This document shows positions 13,918-24,864 of a stretch of 64,000 nucleotides of DNA, in pieces. Each line of letters starts with the position of its first letter. Positions within the stretch are counted from its first letter, which is position 1. The stretch is taken from positions 39,310,001 to 39,374,000 of the forward strand of contig CM059432.1 of NCBI GenBank assembly GCA_030390025.1, given 5' to 3'. A model generated the notes under the pieces. It was not told where the DNA came from. It saw only the letters and a list, made by a program, of their open reading frames with translations, and did not search any database. The position numbers and the translations under genes are program-made. This DNA comes from Squalus acanthias. Lineage: Eukaryota.

Positions 13918-15040
13918 ACTGTATATGACAATCTAGAAGCAGGTGCGGAATCTGAGGTAGGACCTGGCTACGCTGGGATCCCACTCCTTTTCCGCCCATT
14001 AACATTTCTGCTGCATTTGGGGTCGAGCGCAAAACTCTGGAAAAATCCTGTCTGAATCCCAAAGGCAATTAAATCTTGGAAACCATGTTGATTGGGTAAC
14101 ACATCCCCCAGTGCCCCACTACCTTTTATATACAGATATCTTGGCCACTCTCAGGAACTCTTCTAGCTCTGTTGTGAATACTTGCAGCAAATCTGCTTGC
14201 ACTGCATATGCCAGCAATTTGTACTAGAGTTCAATGACTCTCTGCGAAAAGAAGTAACATTGTATCTAACCTAGTTCCATGGGTGTGTAACTTATACTTA
14301 TGTCACCTGGTCCTCCCTAACCTATCGAGCTCGAATAGCCTATTCATTTGGACTGAGTCTACTCCTTTCATTTATTTTTAAAGATCTACTTTTCTAAAGT
14401 TAAAAAAAAAGCTCTCTAAGCCTATTGTAGTAACTGAAGGCCCTTAAACTAGGTAGCAATCTAATGGCCCACTTCGTCATCCTTCCCAGGATGTTTATAT
14501 CACCCAGCATGTGAGTGGACCATAACTGGACACAATGTCCTAGAAATTCAGGGTTTAGTGCCATCCGTTACCGCCAGATTTGGGTGAAAAAGTGGCGGCC
14601 ACTGCTCTTCTGCCCGCTGCTGGCGGGTCCTGCGGCAGCCACCATTTTCGGATGGCTGGCAGCGCTGCCAATGTCTGCGTTCGCTAAGGATATGTAGATT
14701 ATGCAGATCATGACGCCAGTGAGTGTGCAACGCTCACCTGACACCCGATCTGCCATTTTGGAGTTCGCCACTCAACTTACCGGCATGCCTTAAGTGCGAC
14801 GAACTGAGCAAGCGTTGCCAAGCAGGAAGGAGGCTCCAGCAGCGATATTTAAAGGGATCATCAGCAACTACTTGCAGCTGACATGTTTGTTCAGTTTGAC
14901 TGGCTCTGTGCAACTTTCTGCAACTCCAGCAGCTTTCTAAACTTCTTTCCAGGTTCTAAGGTAACAGGGAGTGTTGTTGCAAGTGGAGAACACCTTCATT
15001 ATTATTTAAAGGCTTCTGCTCACAACACTTTCTCACAGTC

Positions 15041-16075
15041 ATGGGGGCTCTACTGGTAGTCCCCCTCGCGCTCGAGTATCTTCGGGAGAGGGAGCGGAGG
15101 CAGCGAAGAAGAGGAGAAGATGCGCAGAGGGATGAGGAGGAGGGCCAGGAGGGCTCTCAACAGGCAGCCTTACCCACTTAGGGACTTCCGAGTGCACTTC
15201 TCTTATATCCACTTAAGTAAGCAGCAGTGTATTAGGAAGCTTCGCTTCACCAAGGAGGCGGTCACAGAACTCTGCCACTTCCTGCAGCCAGACCTGGAGC
15301 CTCAGAGCAGGGCGAGCACGGCTCTCCCAGTAGACCTCAAGGTCACCGTGGCCCTCAACTTCTTCACCAGCAGATCCTTCCAGTCTGCAGCAGGAGACAT
15401 AGCTAACATTTCACAGTTTGCCGTCCATCGCTACATCTGGGAGGTCACTGAGGCTGTTTACACCAGGAGAAGGGACGACATTGTCTTCTCTCTGAGCAGG
15501 GAGAAACACGCAAACATGCATGTGGTTTTGCCAGGATAGCGGGCTTCCCCGTGGTGCAGGGCACCATCAACTGAACACATGAGGCTTTGCAGGCGCGGCA
15601 TATCAATCCTGAGATGTACCATAACCGCAAAGGCTGCCACTCACTTACTGTGCAGTTGGTGTGCGACCACGCCCAGCGCCTCCTGATGGTCAATGCCCGC
15701 TCTGCTGGCAGCAGCCATGATGCCTTCATCCTGCATCAGTCTAGTGTAACAGCAATCTTCCAGCCACCACATGAAACTCAAGGGTGGCTGATCGGAGACA
15801 AGGGCTATCAGCTCTGCATATGGCTCATGGCTCCCCTCCGCAACCCCACCACATGTGCCCAACACTCATATAATGAGAACCATGCTTCCACCAGGAACAT
15901 CGTCGAGCAAACCAACGTGCTACTGAAGCAATGGTTCCGCAGCCTTGACCGCTCAGGAGGAGCCCTCCAGTTCACATAGGAGCGGCTGTCCCATTTCGTG
16001 ATAGTCTGCTGCATGCTTCACAACTTGGCCATCATGAAGGCGCAGGCCTTGCCATCAGGGATTATGGGACCATCT
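15041..16075 (+). pseudogene. HARBI1-like (PIF/Harbinger) DDE transposase, frameshifted, with stops
   Basis: Motifs LRFTKEAVTELC, VTVALNFF..SFQ, YHNRKG.HSL.VQLVCD, GSSHDAFIL, GWLIGDKGY, YNENHASTRNIVEQ, CCMLHNLA spread over three frames. Confidence 0.95.
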
Positions 16076-16166
16076 GGGGTTGCAAAAGACAATGCTGAAG
16101 AGTTTCAAAACATCTTCAGCCAGAAGTGCCGAATGGATGATCCATATCGGCCTCCTCTTGAAGTCC
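16076..16166 (+). mobile_element. 5' piece of a second LINE family (CR1/Jockey superclade, here 'family B'), split by a CR1
   Basis: AKDNAEEFQNIFSQKCRMDDPYRPPLEV matches AKDKAEAFVTIFSQKCRVDDPYRSPPEV in ORF 39985-41022; continues at 23295. Confidence 0.9.
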
Positions 16167-16825
16167 GGAGTGCAGATTGGAACAGAGTGTTAAACTGCGA
16201 GTTTGGTGAGTGAGGGAGTGAATCTTAAAGGTTAATCTCTTATTTTTATAAATTCTAGTCTTGTGTACTTGCAATTAGCATTTAAATTTACTGTTTCAAT
16301 TTTTAAGTTTCTTCCAGGCTTGGGCAGGGCTAAGCATGCTCTGTGCTGGAGAGCAGGTGAGAGTAATTAATTAATTAAGTGGTCTAATCTGGTTCTGAAA
16401 CTGCCAGAGAGCTCACTTATTTAAATTTCAGCAGCATAAATAAGGGAGGCTAGAGTGCAGTTTGTCACGGAGTGGAGATTGGAACAAAGTGTTAAGCTGT
16501 GAGTTTGGTGAGTGAGGGAGTGAATCTTAAAGGTTAATCTCTTATTTTTATAAATTCTAGTCTTGTGTGCTTGTAATTAGCATTTAAATTTACTGTTTCA
16601 ATTTTTAAGTTTCTTCCAGGCTTGGGCAGGGCTCAGCAAACTCTGTGCTGGAGAGCAGGTGAGAGTAATTAATTAATTAAGTGGTCTAATCTGGTTCTGT
16701 AACTGCCAGAGAGCTCACTTATTTAGATCTCAGCAGTATAAATAAGGGAGGCTAGAGTGCAGTTTGTCACGGAGTGCAGATTGGAACAGAGTGTTAATCT
16801 GCGAGTTTGGTGAGTGAGGGAGTGA
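16166..16825 (+). repeat. Tandem 302-bp monomers (2 full + 1 partial) forming the CR1 5' end
   Basis: CGGAGTG(C/G)AGATTGGAACA starts at 16166, 16468 and 16770. Confidence 0.95.
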
Positions 16826-17049
16826 GTTCTTTTTCCATCTTTGTCAGCTTCCAGGAGAGCAGGAGCTAAAAAGCTGCACAAAAGAGGGGACAGAGAACCA
16901 GCGGTGAGTATTTCTACAGTATTTCTTCATTCCAGTCATTAAAGTAAAAGTAAGGTCTCTAGTTTAGAGTAAGTAGTGTTTAAAAAGAAGTAAGGTCCCT
17001 AGTGTCTTTAATATTCTTTAATTTAAAGGGAGTAAATTAAGGGTAGAAC

Positions 17050-17994
17050 ATGGCAGGGCAGCTCGGAAGTGTGGAGTGCTCCTCCTGTGCAATGTTGGAA
17101 GTCAGGGACACTTTAGGTGTCCAGGGCGAACACATGTGCAGGAAATGTCTCCAGCTGCAGCTACTTGAAATCCGCGTTTCGGAGCTGGAGCTGCGGCTGG
17201 AGTCACTGTGGAGCATCCGCAAAGCTGAGATCTTTGTGGATAGCACGTTTAATGAGGTGGTCTCACCGCAGGTAAAGAGTACACAGGCAGACAGGGAATG
17301 GGTGACCGCCAGACAGAGTAAAAGAACTAGGAAGGTAGTGCAGGAGTCCCCTGGGTCCATCTCCCTCTCCAACAGATTTTCCGTTTTGGATACTGCTGGG
17401 GGAGATGGTTTCTCAGGGGAATGCAGCAAGAGCCAAGTCCGTGGCACTACGAGTGGCTCAGCTGCACAGGAGGGGAGGAAAAAGAGTGGGAGAGCAATAG
17501 TGATAGGGGATTCTATCGTAAATGGAACAGATAGACGTTTCTGTGGCCGCAGACGTGACTCCAGGATGGTATGTTGCCTCCCTGGTGCCAGGGTCAAGGA
17601 TGTCACTGAATGGCTGCAGGGCATTCTGAAGGGGGAGGGCGAACAGTCAGAGGTCGTGGTTCATGTTGGTACCAACGGCATGGGTAGAAAGAGGGATGAG
17701 GTCCTGCAACAAGAATTTTGGGAGCTAGGTAGCAGATTAAAAAGCAGAACCTCAAAGGTTGTAATCTCTGGATTACTCCCGGTGCCATGTGCTAGTGAGT
17801 ATAGGAATAGGAGGATAGAGCAGATGAATGCGTGGCTAAAGAGTTGGTGCAGGAGGGAGGGCTTTAGTTTCCTGGATCACTGGGTCTGCTTCTGGGGAAG
17901 GTGGGACCTGTACAAGTCGGACGGGTTGCACCTGAACCGGAACAGGACCAACATCCTTGCGGGGAGGTTTGCTAGTACTGTTGGGGGGGGTTAA
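17050..17994 (+). CDS. CR1 ORF1p: Cys-rich zinc finger/leucine zipper plus SGNH (GDSL-like) esterase domain
   Basis: Open 314-aa ORF: CSSC...CRKC, heptad leucines, VIGDSI, VHVGTN, DGLHLN. Confidence 0.92.
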   Translation: MAGQLGSVECSSCAMLEVRDTLGVQGEHMCRKCLQLQLLEIRVSELELRLESLWSIRKAEIFVDSTFNEVVSPQVKSTQADREWVTARQSKRTRKVVQESPGSISLSNRFSVLDTAGGDGFSGECSKSQVRGTTSGSAAQEGRKKSGRAIVIGDSIVNGTDRRFCGRRRDSRMVCCLPGARVKDVTEWLQGILKGEGEQSEVVVHVGTNGMGRKRDEVLQQEFWELGSRLKSRTSKVVISGLLPVPCASEYRNRRIEQMNAWLKSWCRREGFSFLDHWVCFWGRWDLYKSDGLHLNRNRTNILAGRFASTVGGG

Positions 17995-20461
17995 ACTAAC
18001 TTGGCAGGGGGATGGGATACGGAGTAGAGCTATAGTAGGGGGTGATGCACAGCCAAATATAGAGGAAAAAACAAGTCAGCCTGGAAGGCAGAGCAAATAT
18101 GTAATGGCACAAGGGAGTATGGCAAGGCTGGATGGCATTTATTTTCATGCAAGGAGTCTTGCGAGTAAGGCAGATGAATTGAAGGTGTTGATGAACACAT
18201 GGGAGTATGATATTGTTGCTATCACTGAGACATGGTTGAGGGAGGGGCAGGACTGGCAGCTCAATATTCCGGGGTATAGAATCTTCAGGCGAGACAGAGG
18301 GGGGTGTAAAAGAGGAGGGGGTGTCGCAATATTAATCAAGGAGCCAATTACTGCTGTAAGGAGGGATGATATCTTAGCAGGTTCCTCTAATGAGGCCATA
18401 TGGGTAGAACTTAAAAACAAAAAGGGGGCAAGCACTTTGCTGGGAGTGTACTATAGGCCCCCAAACAGTCAGGGGGAGATAGAGGAACAGATATGTAGGC
18501 AAATCTCAGAAGTGTAGAAATAATAGGGTAATAATAGTAGGGGATTTCAACTTCCCCAATATTAACTGGAATAGTCAGAGTGTGAAAGGCTTAGAGGGTG
18601 TGGAATTCTTAAAGTGCATCCAGAGAGCGTTTTGAGCCAGCATGTAGAAAGTCCTACAAGAGAGGGGACGGTACTGGACCTAATTCTAGGGAATGTAGCC
18701 GGGCAAGTGGTGGAAGTGTTAGTAGGAGAGCATTTTGGTGACAGTGACCATAATTCGGTGAGATTTAAGGTAGTCATGGAAAAGGACAAAGATGGACCGG
18801 AACTAAAGGTTCTAAATGGCAGGAAGGCCGATTTTAATATGATAAGGCAGGATCTGGCCAAAGTGGACTGGGATCAGCTATTTGTAGGAAAATCCACATC
18901 AGAGCAGTGGGAGTCTTTCAGAAAGGAAATAGAGAGAGTACAACGGCAACATGTTCCCGTAAAGGTCAAGGGTGGGACCAATAAGCCCAGGGAACCCTAG
19001 ATGTCAAGGGATATACGAGAATGGATTAGGAAAAAAAGGGAGGCTTTTGGCAGATACAAAGGACTAAAAACAATGGAAGCCCTAGAGGAGTATAGAAAGT
19101 ACAGGGGGGTACTTAAAAAAGAAATTAGGAGTGCGAAGAGGGGGCATGAAAAAACACTGGCGGGCAAAATAAAGGAAAACCCCAAGGTGTTTCATAAGTA
19201 TATTAAGGGCAAGAGGATAACCAGGGAAAGAGTAGGGCCCATTAGGGACCAAAGTGGCAATCTGTGTGTAGAGGCAGAAGATGTAGGTGAGGTTTTAAAT
19301 GAATATTTTGCATCTGTGTTCACTATGGAGAAGGACGATGTAGGCATAGAAATCAGGCAGGGGGATTGTGATATACTTGAACAAATTAGTATTGAGAGGG
19401 AGGAGGTACTAGCGGTTTTAGCAGGCTTAAAAGTGGATAAATCCCCAGGCCCAGACGAGATGTATCCCAGGCTTCTGTGTGAGGCAAGGGAGGAGATTGC
19501 AGGGGCTCTGACACAAATTTTCAGAACCTCTCTGGCCACAGGGGAGGTGCCAGAGGACTAGAGAACAGCTAATGTAGCATCATTATTCAAGAAGGGTAGT
19601 AGGGATAAACCAGGGAATTACAGGCCAGTGAGCCTAACATCAGTGGTAGGGAAATTATTGGAAAAAATTCTGAGGGACAGAATTAGTCTCCACTTGGAGA
19701 GGCAAGGATTATTCAAGGATAGTCAGCATGGCTTTGTCAGGGGGAGATCATGGCTGACCAATTTGATTGAATTTTGAGAGGGGGTGACTTGGTGTGTGGA
19801 TGAGGGTAGTACAGTTGATGTGGTCTACATGGACTTCAGTAAGGCTTTTGACAAAGTCCCGCATGGGAGACTGGTCAAGAAGGTAAGAGCCCATGGGATC
19901 CAGGGCAACTTGGCACATTGGATCCAAAATTGGTTTAGTGGCAGGAAGCAGAGGGTGATGGTCGAAGGTTGTTTTTGTGACTGGAAGCCTGTGTACAGTG
20001 GTGTACCACAGGGATCGGTGCTGGGTCCTTTGCTGTTTGTAGTGTACATTAATGATTTAGATATGAATGTAGGAGGTATGATCAGTAAGTTTGCAGATGA
20101 CACGAAAATTGGTGGGGTGGTAAATAGCGAGGAGGGAAGCCTCAGGCTACAGGACGATATAGATGGGTTGGTTAGATGGGCAGAACAGTGGCAAATGGAA
20201 TTTAACCCTGAAAAGTGTGAGGTGATGCATTTTGGGAGGACTAACAAGGCAAGGGAATACACAATGAACGGTAGGACCCTAGGAAGGACAGAGGATCAGT
20301 GGGACCTTGGTGTGCATGTACATAGATCCCTGAAGGCAGCAGGACAGGTAGATAAGGTGGTTAAAAAGGCATAGGGGATACTTGCCTTCATTAGCCGAGG
20401 CATAGAATATAAGTGAGAAGTCGCACAACACCAAGTTATCGTCCAACAGCTTTATTTGAAA

Positions 20462-20498
20462 TCACAAGCTTTCAGAGCGCTGCTCCTTCGTCAGGTGA
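20462..20498 (-). ncRNA. Minimal type I hammerhead ribozyme motif (inverted copy)
   Basis: Reverse complement reads UCAC-CUGACGA-A-GGAGC(agc)GCUCU-GAAA-GC-UU-GUGA; the one change leaves a G-U wobble. Confidence 0.75.
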
Positions 20499-20592
20499 AG
20501 TGAAGAAATACAAATGGGCACAGCATATATAGTCAGAGAACAATGCCTGTGCAGAGAACAATGCCAGACGACTACAGTTAATCTTTCTAACT

Positions 20593-20629
20593 TCACCTGA
20601 CGAAGGAGCAGCGCTCCGAAAGCTTGTGA
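20593..20629 (+). ncRNA. Minimal type I hammerhead ribozyme motif
   Basis: UCAC-CUGACGA-A-GGAGC(agc)GCUCC-GAAA-GC-UU-GUGA: intact core, stem I, stem II and palindromic stem III (AGCU). Confidence 0.8.
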
Positions 20630-21308
20630 TTTCAAATAAAGCTGTTGGACTATAACCTGGTGTTGTGCGACTTCTCACTTTTGTCCACCCCAGTCCAACA
20701 CCGGCATCTCCGCATCATAGAATATAAGAGCAGGGAGGTTATGATGGAGTTGTACAAAACGCTAGTTAGGCCACAGCTGGAATACTGTGTGCAGTTCTGG
20801 TCGCCACACTATAGGAAGGATGTGATTGCATTGGAGAGGGTGCAGAGGAGATTCTCCAGGATGTTACCTGGGCTGGAGCGCTTCAGCTATGAAGAGAGAT
20901 TGGACAGGCTGGGGTTGTTTTCCTTAGAGCAGAGAAAGCTGAGGGGGGACCTGATTGAGATGTACAAAATTATGAGGGGCATAGATAGGGTAGATAGAAA
21001 GGAACTTTTCCCCTTAGTAGAGGGGTCAATAACCAGGGGGCATAGTTTCAAGGTAAGGGGCAGGAGGTTTAGAGGGGATTTGAGGAAAAACTTTTTCACC
21101 CAGAGGGTGGTTGGAATCTGGAACTCACTGCCTGAAAGGGTGGTAGAGGCAGGAACCCTCACAACATTCAAGAAGCATTTAGATGAGCACTTGAAACGCC
21201 ATAGCATACAAGGCTACGGACCAAGTGCTGGAAAATAGGATTAGAATAGACAGGGCTTGATGGCCGGCACAGACACGACAGGCCTCTTTCTGTGCTGTAT
21301 AACTCTAT

Positions 21309-22163
21309 GGGGGAAAATTTCAGTTGGTTGCACCTCCCGTTAGCGCCTTAAGAGGGCGCTAATGGGGCGCAAAGCAACTAGCGCCCGGGCGCGGCGATGT
21401 TTGCGCTGCTCGTGAAATTAACAACACATTTTGCGGCGGCGCTAAACAGTACCGCCACAATCTCCTGCGCCGGCAGATCGTGATGTCAGTCGTGTGCGCA
21501 ACGCCCCGGTAGCGCCCCGGAGCGGATATTGAGTGGCGCCCCCTGCCTTACCACCTGCCGTTAGCAACGACAGGTTGAGGGGAGCTTCTTGCAGTCAGGA
21601 AGGGACTGGGGGAGCGCTATTTAAAGGCGACCGCTTCTTGCCTTTTTTTGTTGGCGACATTTTTGAACCATGCATTCTGAGAGAGAGAGAGAGAGAGAGA
21701 GAGAGAACTTCTGGAGAGATTCAACGCTGTGTGAAGGAGTTTTTGGTACTGAGCAGCACTTTGCAGGTTCATTTTGATTTGCCCTTCCTTGTATTGATTT
21801 AGAAGAGACTGTTGGGGCTGCACTCTGAGCTCTTTCCCCGGGCCTCTCCATTGTTATTTCCAGCAGATTTGATGTACAGGTTTCTCCAGGCCGAGATTCA
21901 AGGCTGCAATGAGCAGGATGTGGATGGAAAGCAAGATTAACCCTCGCCTTTAAGAACTGGCCGGGGCCATTGTGTCTGTGTTCCATTGCTGATTGACATC
22001 ACATGAGCTTCGCCAGCGCTCTGAGTTAGCACCTCGCTCCAATCACCTCCAGGGGCGATAAAAGTAAAGTTTGCAGTCGGAGGCGATAATTAACGCCAGG
22101 CGCTAATCTTTGCGCCCGGCCAATAATTGCGCCCCAAATGGGGCGATACTGAATTTTTCCCCC
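21309..22163. mobile_element. Harbinger-type MITE, copy 1
   Basis: TIRs GGGGGAAAATTTCAGT / ACTGAATTTTTCCCCC; TAT on both sides; many TAGCGC/GCGCTA motifs; internal (GA)n. Confidence 0.9.
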
Positions 22164-22165
22164 TA

Positions 22166-22395
22166 TGACCACATATCCGCGCCATCACTAAAACTGCCTA
22201 TTTCCACCTCTGGAACATCACCCGACTCCACCCCTGCCTCAGCTCATCTGCTGCTGAAACCCTCATCCATACCTTTGTTATCTCTACACTTTACTATTCC
22301 AATGCACTCCTGGTCGGCCTCCCATGTTCTACTCTTCATAGCTTCCACTCCTTTATCTCAAGGGGGGTGGAATACAAAGGCCAACAGTCTAATAG
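22166..22395 (+). repeat. Dispersed duplicate of 42285-42514 (L2/CR1 junction sequence)
   Basis: Base-by-base match apart from ~3 substitutions and a 21-bp inversion. Confidence 0.95.
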
Positions 22396-23287
22396 GGGGA
22401 GAAATTCAGTATCGCCCCATTTGGGGCGCAATTATCGGCCGGGCGCAAAGATTAGCGCCTGGCGCTAATTATCGCCACCGACTGCAAACTTGACTTTTAT
22501 CGCCCCTGGAGGTGATTGGACCGCTAAATCAGGCGCTTCACACCTGTCTTAAGGCGCAAAGGCCGAGGAGCGAGGCGCTACCTCAGAGCGCTGGCGAAGC
22601 TCATGTGATGTCAGTCAGCAATGGAACACACACACAATGGCCCGGGCCAGTTCTTAAAGGGGATGGTTAATCTTGCTTTCCATCCACATCCTGCTCATTG
22701 TAGCCTTGAATCTCGGCCTGGAGAGACCTGCACATCAAATCTGCTGGAAAGAACAATGGAGAGTACCAGGCAAAGAGCTCAGAGTGCAGCCCCCACAGAC
22801 TCTTCTAAATCGATACAAGGAATGGCAGATCAAAATGAACCTGCAAAGTGCTGCTCAGTACCCAAAACTCCTTCACACAACGTTGAATCTCTCCAGAAGT
22901 GTCTCTCTCTCTCTCTCAGAATGTGTAGTTCAAAAATGGCACCAACAATAAAAGGCAGGAAGCGGTCACCTTTAAATAGCGCTCCCCCTTTCCCTTCATG
23001 ACTGCAGAACGCTCCCCTCAACCTGTCGTTGCTAGCGTCAGGCGGTAAGGCAGGGGGCTCCACTCAATTTCCGCTCCGGGGCGTTACCGGGGCGTTGCGC
23101 ACTCGACTGACGTCACGATCTGCCGGCGCAGGAGATCGTGGCGGTAGTGTTTAGCGCCGCCGCAAAATGTCTAGTTAATTTCGCGAGCGGCGCAAACTTC
23201 GCCGCGCCTGGGCGCTAGATGCTTTGCGCCCCATTAGCGCCCTCTTAAGGCGCTAACGGGAGGCGCAACCAACTGAATTTTTCCCCC
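22395..23287. mobile_element. Harbinger-type MITE, copy 2, inverted relative to copy 1
   Basis: Reverse complement of 21309-22163 with scattered substitutions and an extra ~45-50 bp near 22520-22570; followed by TAT. Confidence 0.9.
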
Positions 23288-23294
23288 TATGACT

Positions 23295-24834
23295 CCCCAC
23301 CATCACAGAAGCCAGTCTTCAGCCAATTCAATTCACTCCACATGATATCAGGAAACAGCTGAGCACACTGGATACAGCAAAGGCTATGGCCCCTGAAAAT
23401 ATCCCGGCTGTCGTGCTGAAGACTTGCGCTCCAGAACTAGCCGCGCCTCTGGCCAAGCTGTTCCATTACAGCTACAACACTGGCATCTACCCAACAATGT
23501 GGAAAACTGCCCAGGTATGTCCTGTCCACAAAAAGCAGGACAAATCCAATCCAGCCAATTACCACCCAATCAGTCTAATCTCAATCATCACCAAAGTGAT
23601 GGAAAGTGTCATCGACAGTGCTATCAAGTGGCACTTACTCACCAATAACCTGCTCACCAATGCTCAGTTTGGGTTCCACCAGGACCATTCAGCTCCAGAC
23701 CTCATGATAGCCTTGGTCCAAACATGGACAAAAGAGCTGAATTCCAGAGGTGAGGGAGAGTGACTGCGCTTGACATCAAGGCAGCATTTGATTGAGTGTG
23801 GCATCAAGGAGCCCTAGTAAAATTGGCGTCAATGGAAATCAGGGGGAAAACACGCTACTGGCTGGAGTCATACCTAGCACAAAGGAAGATGGTTGTGGTT
23901 GTGGTTGTTGGAGGTCAATCTCAGCCCCAGAACATCGCTGCAGGAGTTTCTCAGGGCAGTGTCCTAGGCTCAACCATCATCAACTGCTTATCAATGACCT
24001 TCCTTTCATCATAAGGTCAGAAGTGGGGATATTCGCTGACGATTGCACAGTGTTCAGTTCTATTCGCAACTCCTCAGATAATGAAGCAGTCCATGGATGA
24101 CATTCAGGCTTGGGCTGATAAGTGGAAAGTAACATTCGCGCCACACAAGTGCCAGGCAATGCCTATCTCCAACAAGCGAGAGTCTAACCAACGCCCCTTG
24201 AAATTCATTATCCTGGGGGTCACCTTTGACCAGAAACTTAACCACATAAATACTGTGGCTACAAGAGAAGTTCAGAGGCTGGACATTCTTCGGCGAGTGT
24301 CTCACCTCCTAACTCCCCAAATCCTTTCCACCATCTACAAGGCACAAGTAAGGAGTGTGATGGAATACTCTCCACTTGCCTGGATGAATGCAGCTCCATC
24401 GACACTCAAGAGCTTGACATCATCCAGGACAAAGCAGCCCACTTGATTGGCACCCCATCACCATCTTAAACATTCACTCCCTCCACCACCGGCGCACAGT
24501 GGCTGCAGTGTGTACCATCGGCAGCACCTCCCAAACCCACGACCTCCACCATCTAGATGGACAAGGGCAGTAGGCACCTGGGAACACCATCACCTGCAAG
24601 TTCCCCTCCAAGTTACACACCATACTGACTTGGAAATATATTGTCATTCCTTCATCGTCGCTGGGTCAAAATCCTGGAACTTCCTCCCTAACAGCACTGT
24701 GGGAGCACCTTCACCACATGGACTGCAACGGTTCAAGAAGGCGGCTCACCACCACCTTAAGGGCAATTAGAGATGGGCAATAAATGCTGACCTTGCCAAC
24801 GAGGCCCACATCCCAGGAACGAATAAAAAAAAAA
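23295..24834 (+). mobile_element. 3' part of family B LINE (RT, 3' end, poly-A)
   Basis: VVLKTCAPELA, NY.PISL, QFGF, DIKAAFD, GVSQGSVLG, FADD, SWNFLP, FKKAAHHHL; ends GAATAAAAAAAAAA. Confidence 0.93.
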
Positions 24835-24864
24835 CCTCAGGAGGAGGATGAGGGAGAGGAGGAG

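Larger units (their letters stand above)
20414..20715 (+). mobile_element. Short Penelope-like non-autonomous insertion with ~90-bp inverted arms and 13-bp TSD
   Basis: TSD CATAGAATATAAG at 20401-20413 and 20716-20728; arms 20411-20500 and 20591-20680 are inverted copies; hammerhead cores in both. Confidence 0.85.
17990..21238 (+). pseudogene. CR1 ORF2 (APE endonuclease + reverse transcriptase), disrupted
   Basis: [47 protein letters not shown]; several stops/frameshifts and an insertion at 20414-20715. Confidence 0.96.
16167..21308 (+). mobile_element. Near full-length CR1 LINE (5' monomers, esterase ORF1, EN-RT ORF2, CTCTATGA-type tail)
   Basis: All CR1 parts in order; the tail AACTCTAT resumes as TATGACTC at 23288 after the MITE pair. 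Confidence 0.96.

Noticed and set aside
15041..16075. Domesticated host HARBI1 gene
   Set aside because: Frameshifts, stops, LINE interruption and a TIR-flanked context indicate a dead transposon copy.
21533..23063. Paired ORFs in the inverted MITE copies
   Set aside because: Short, frames differ between copies, and they run through a (GA)n tract.
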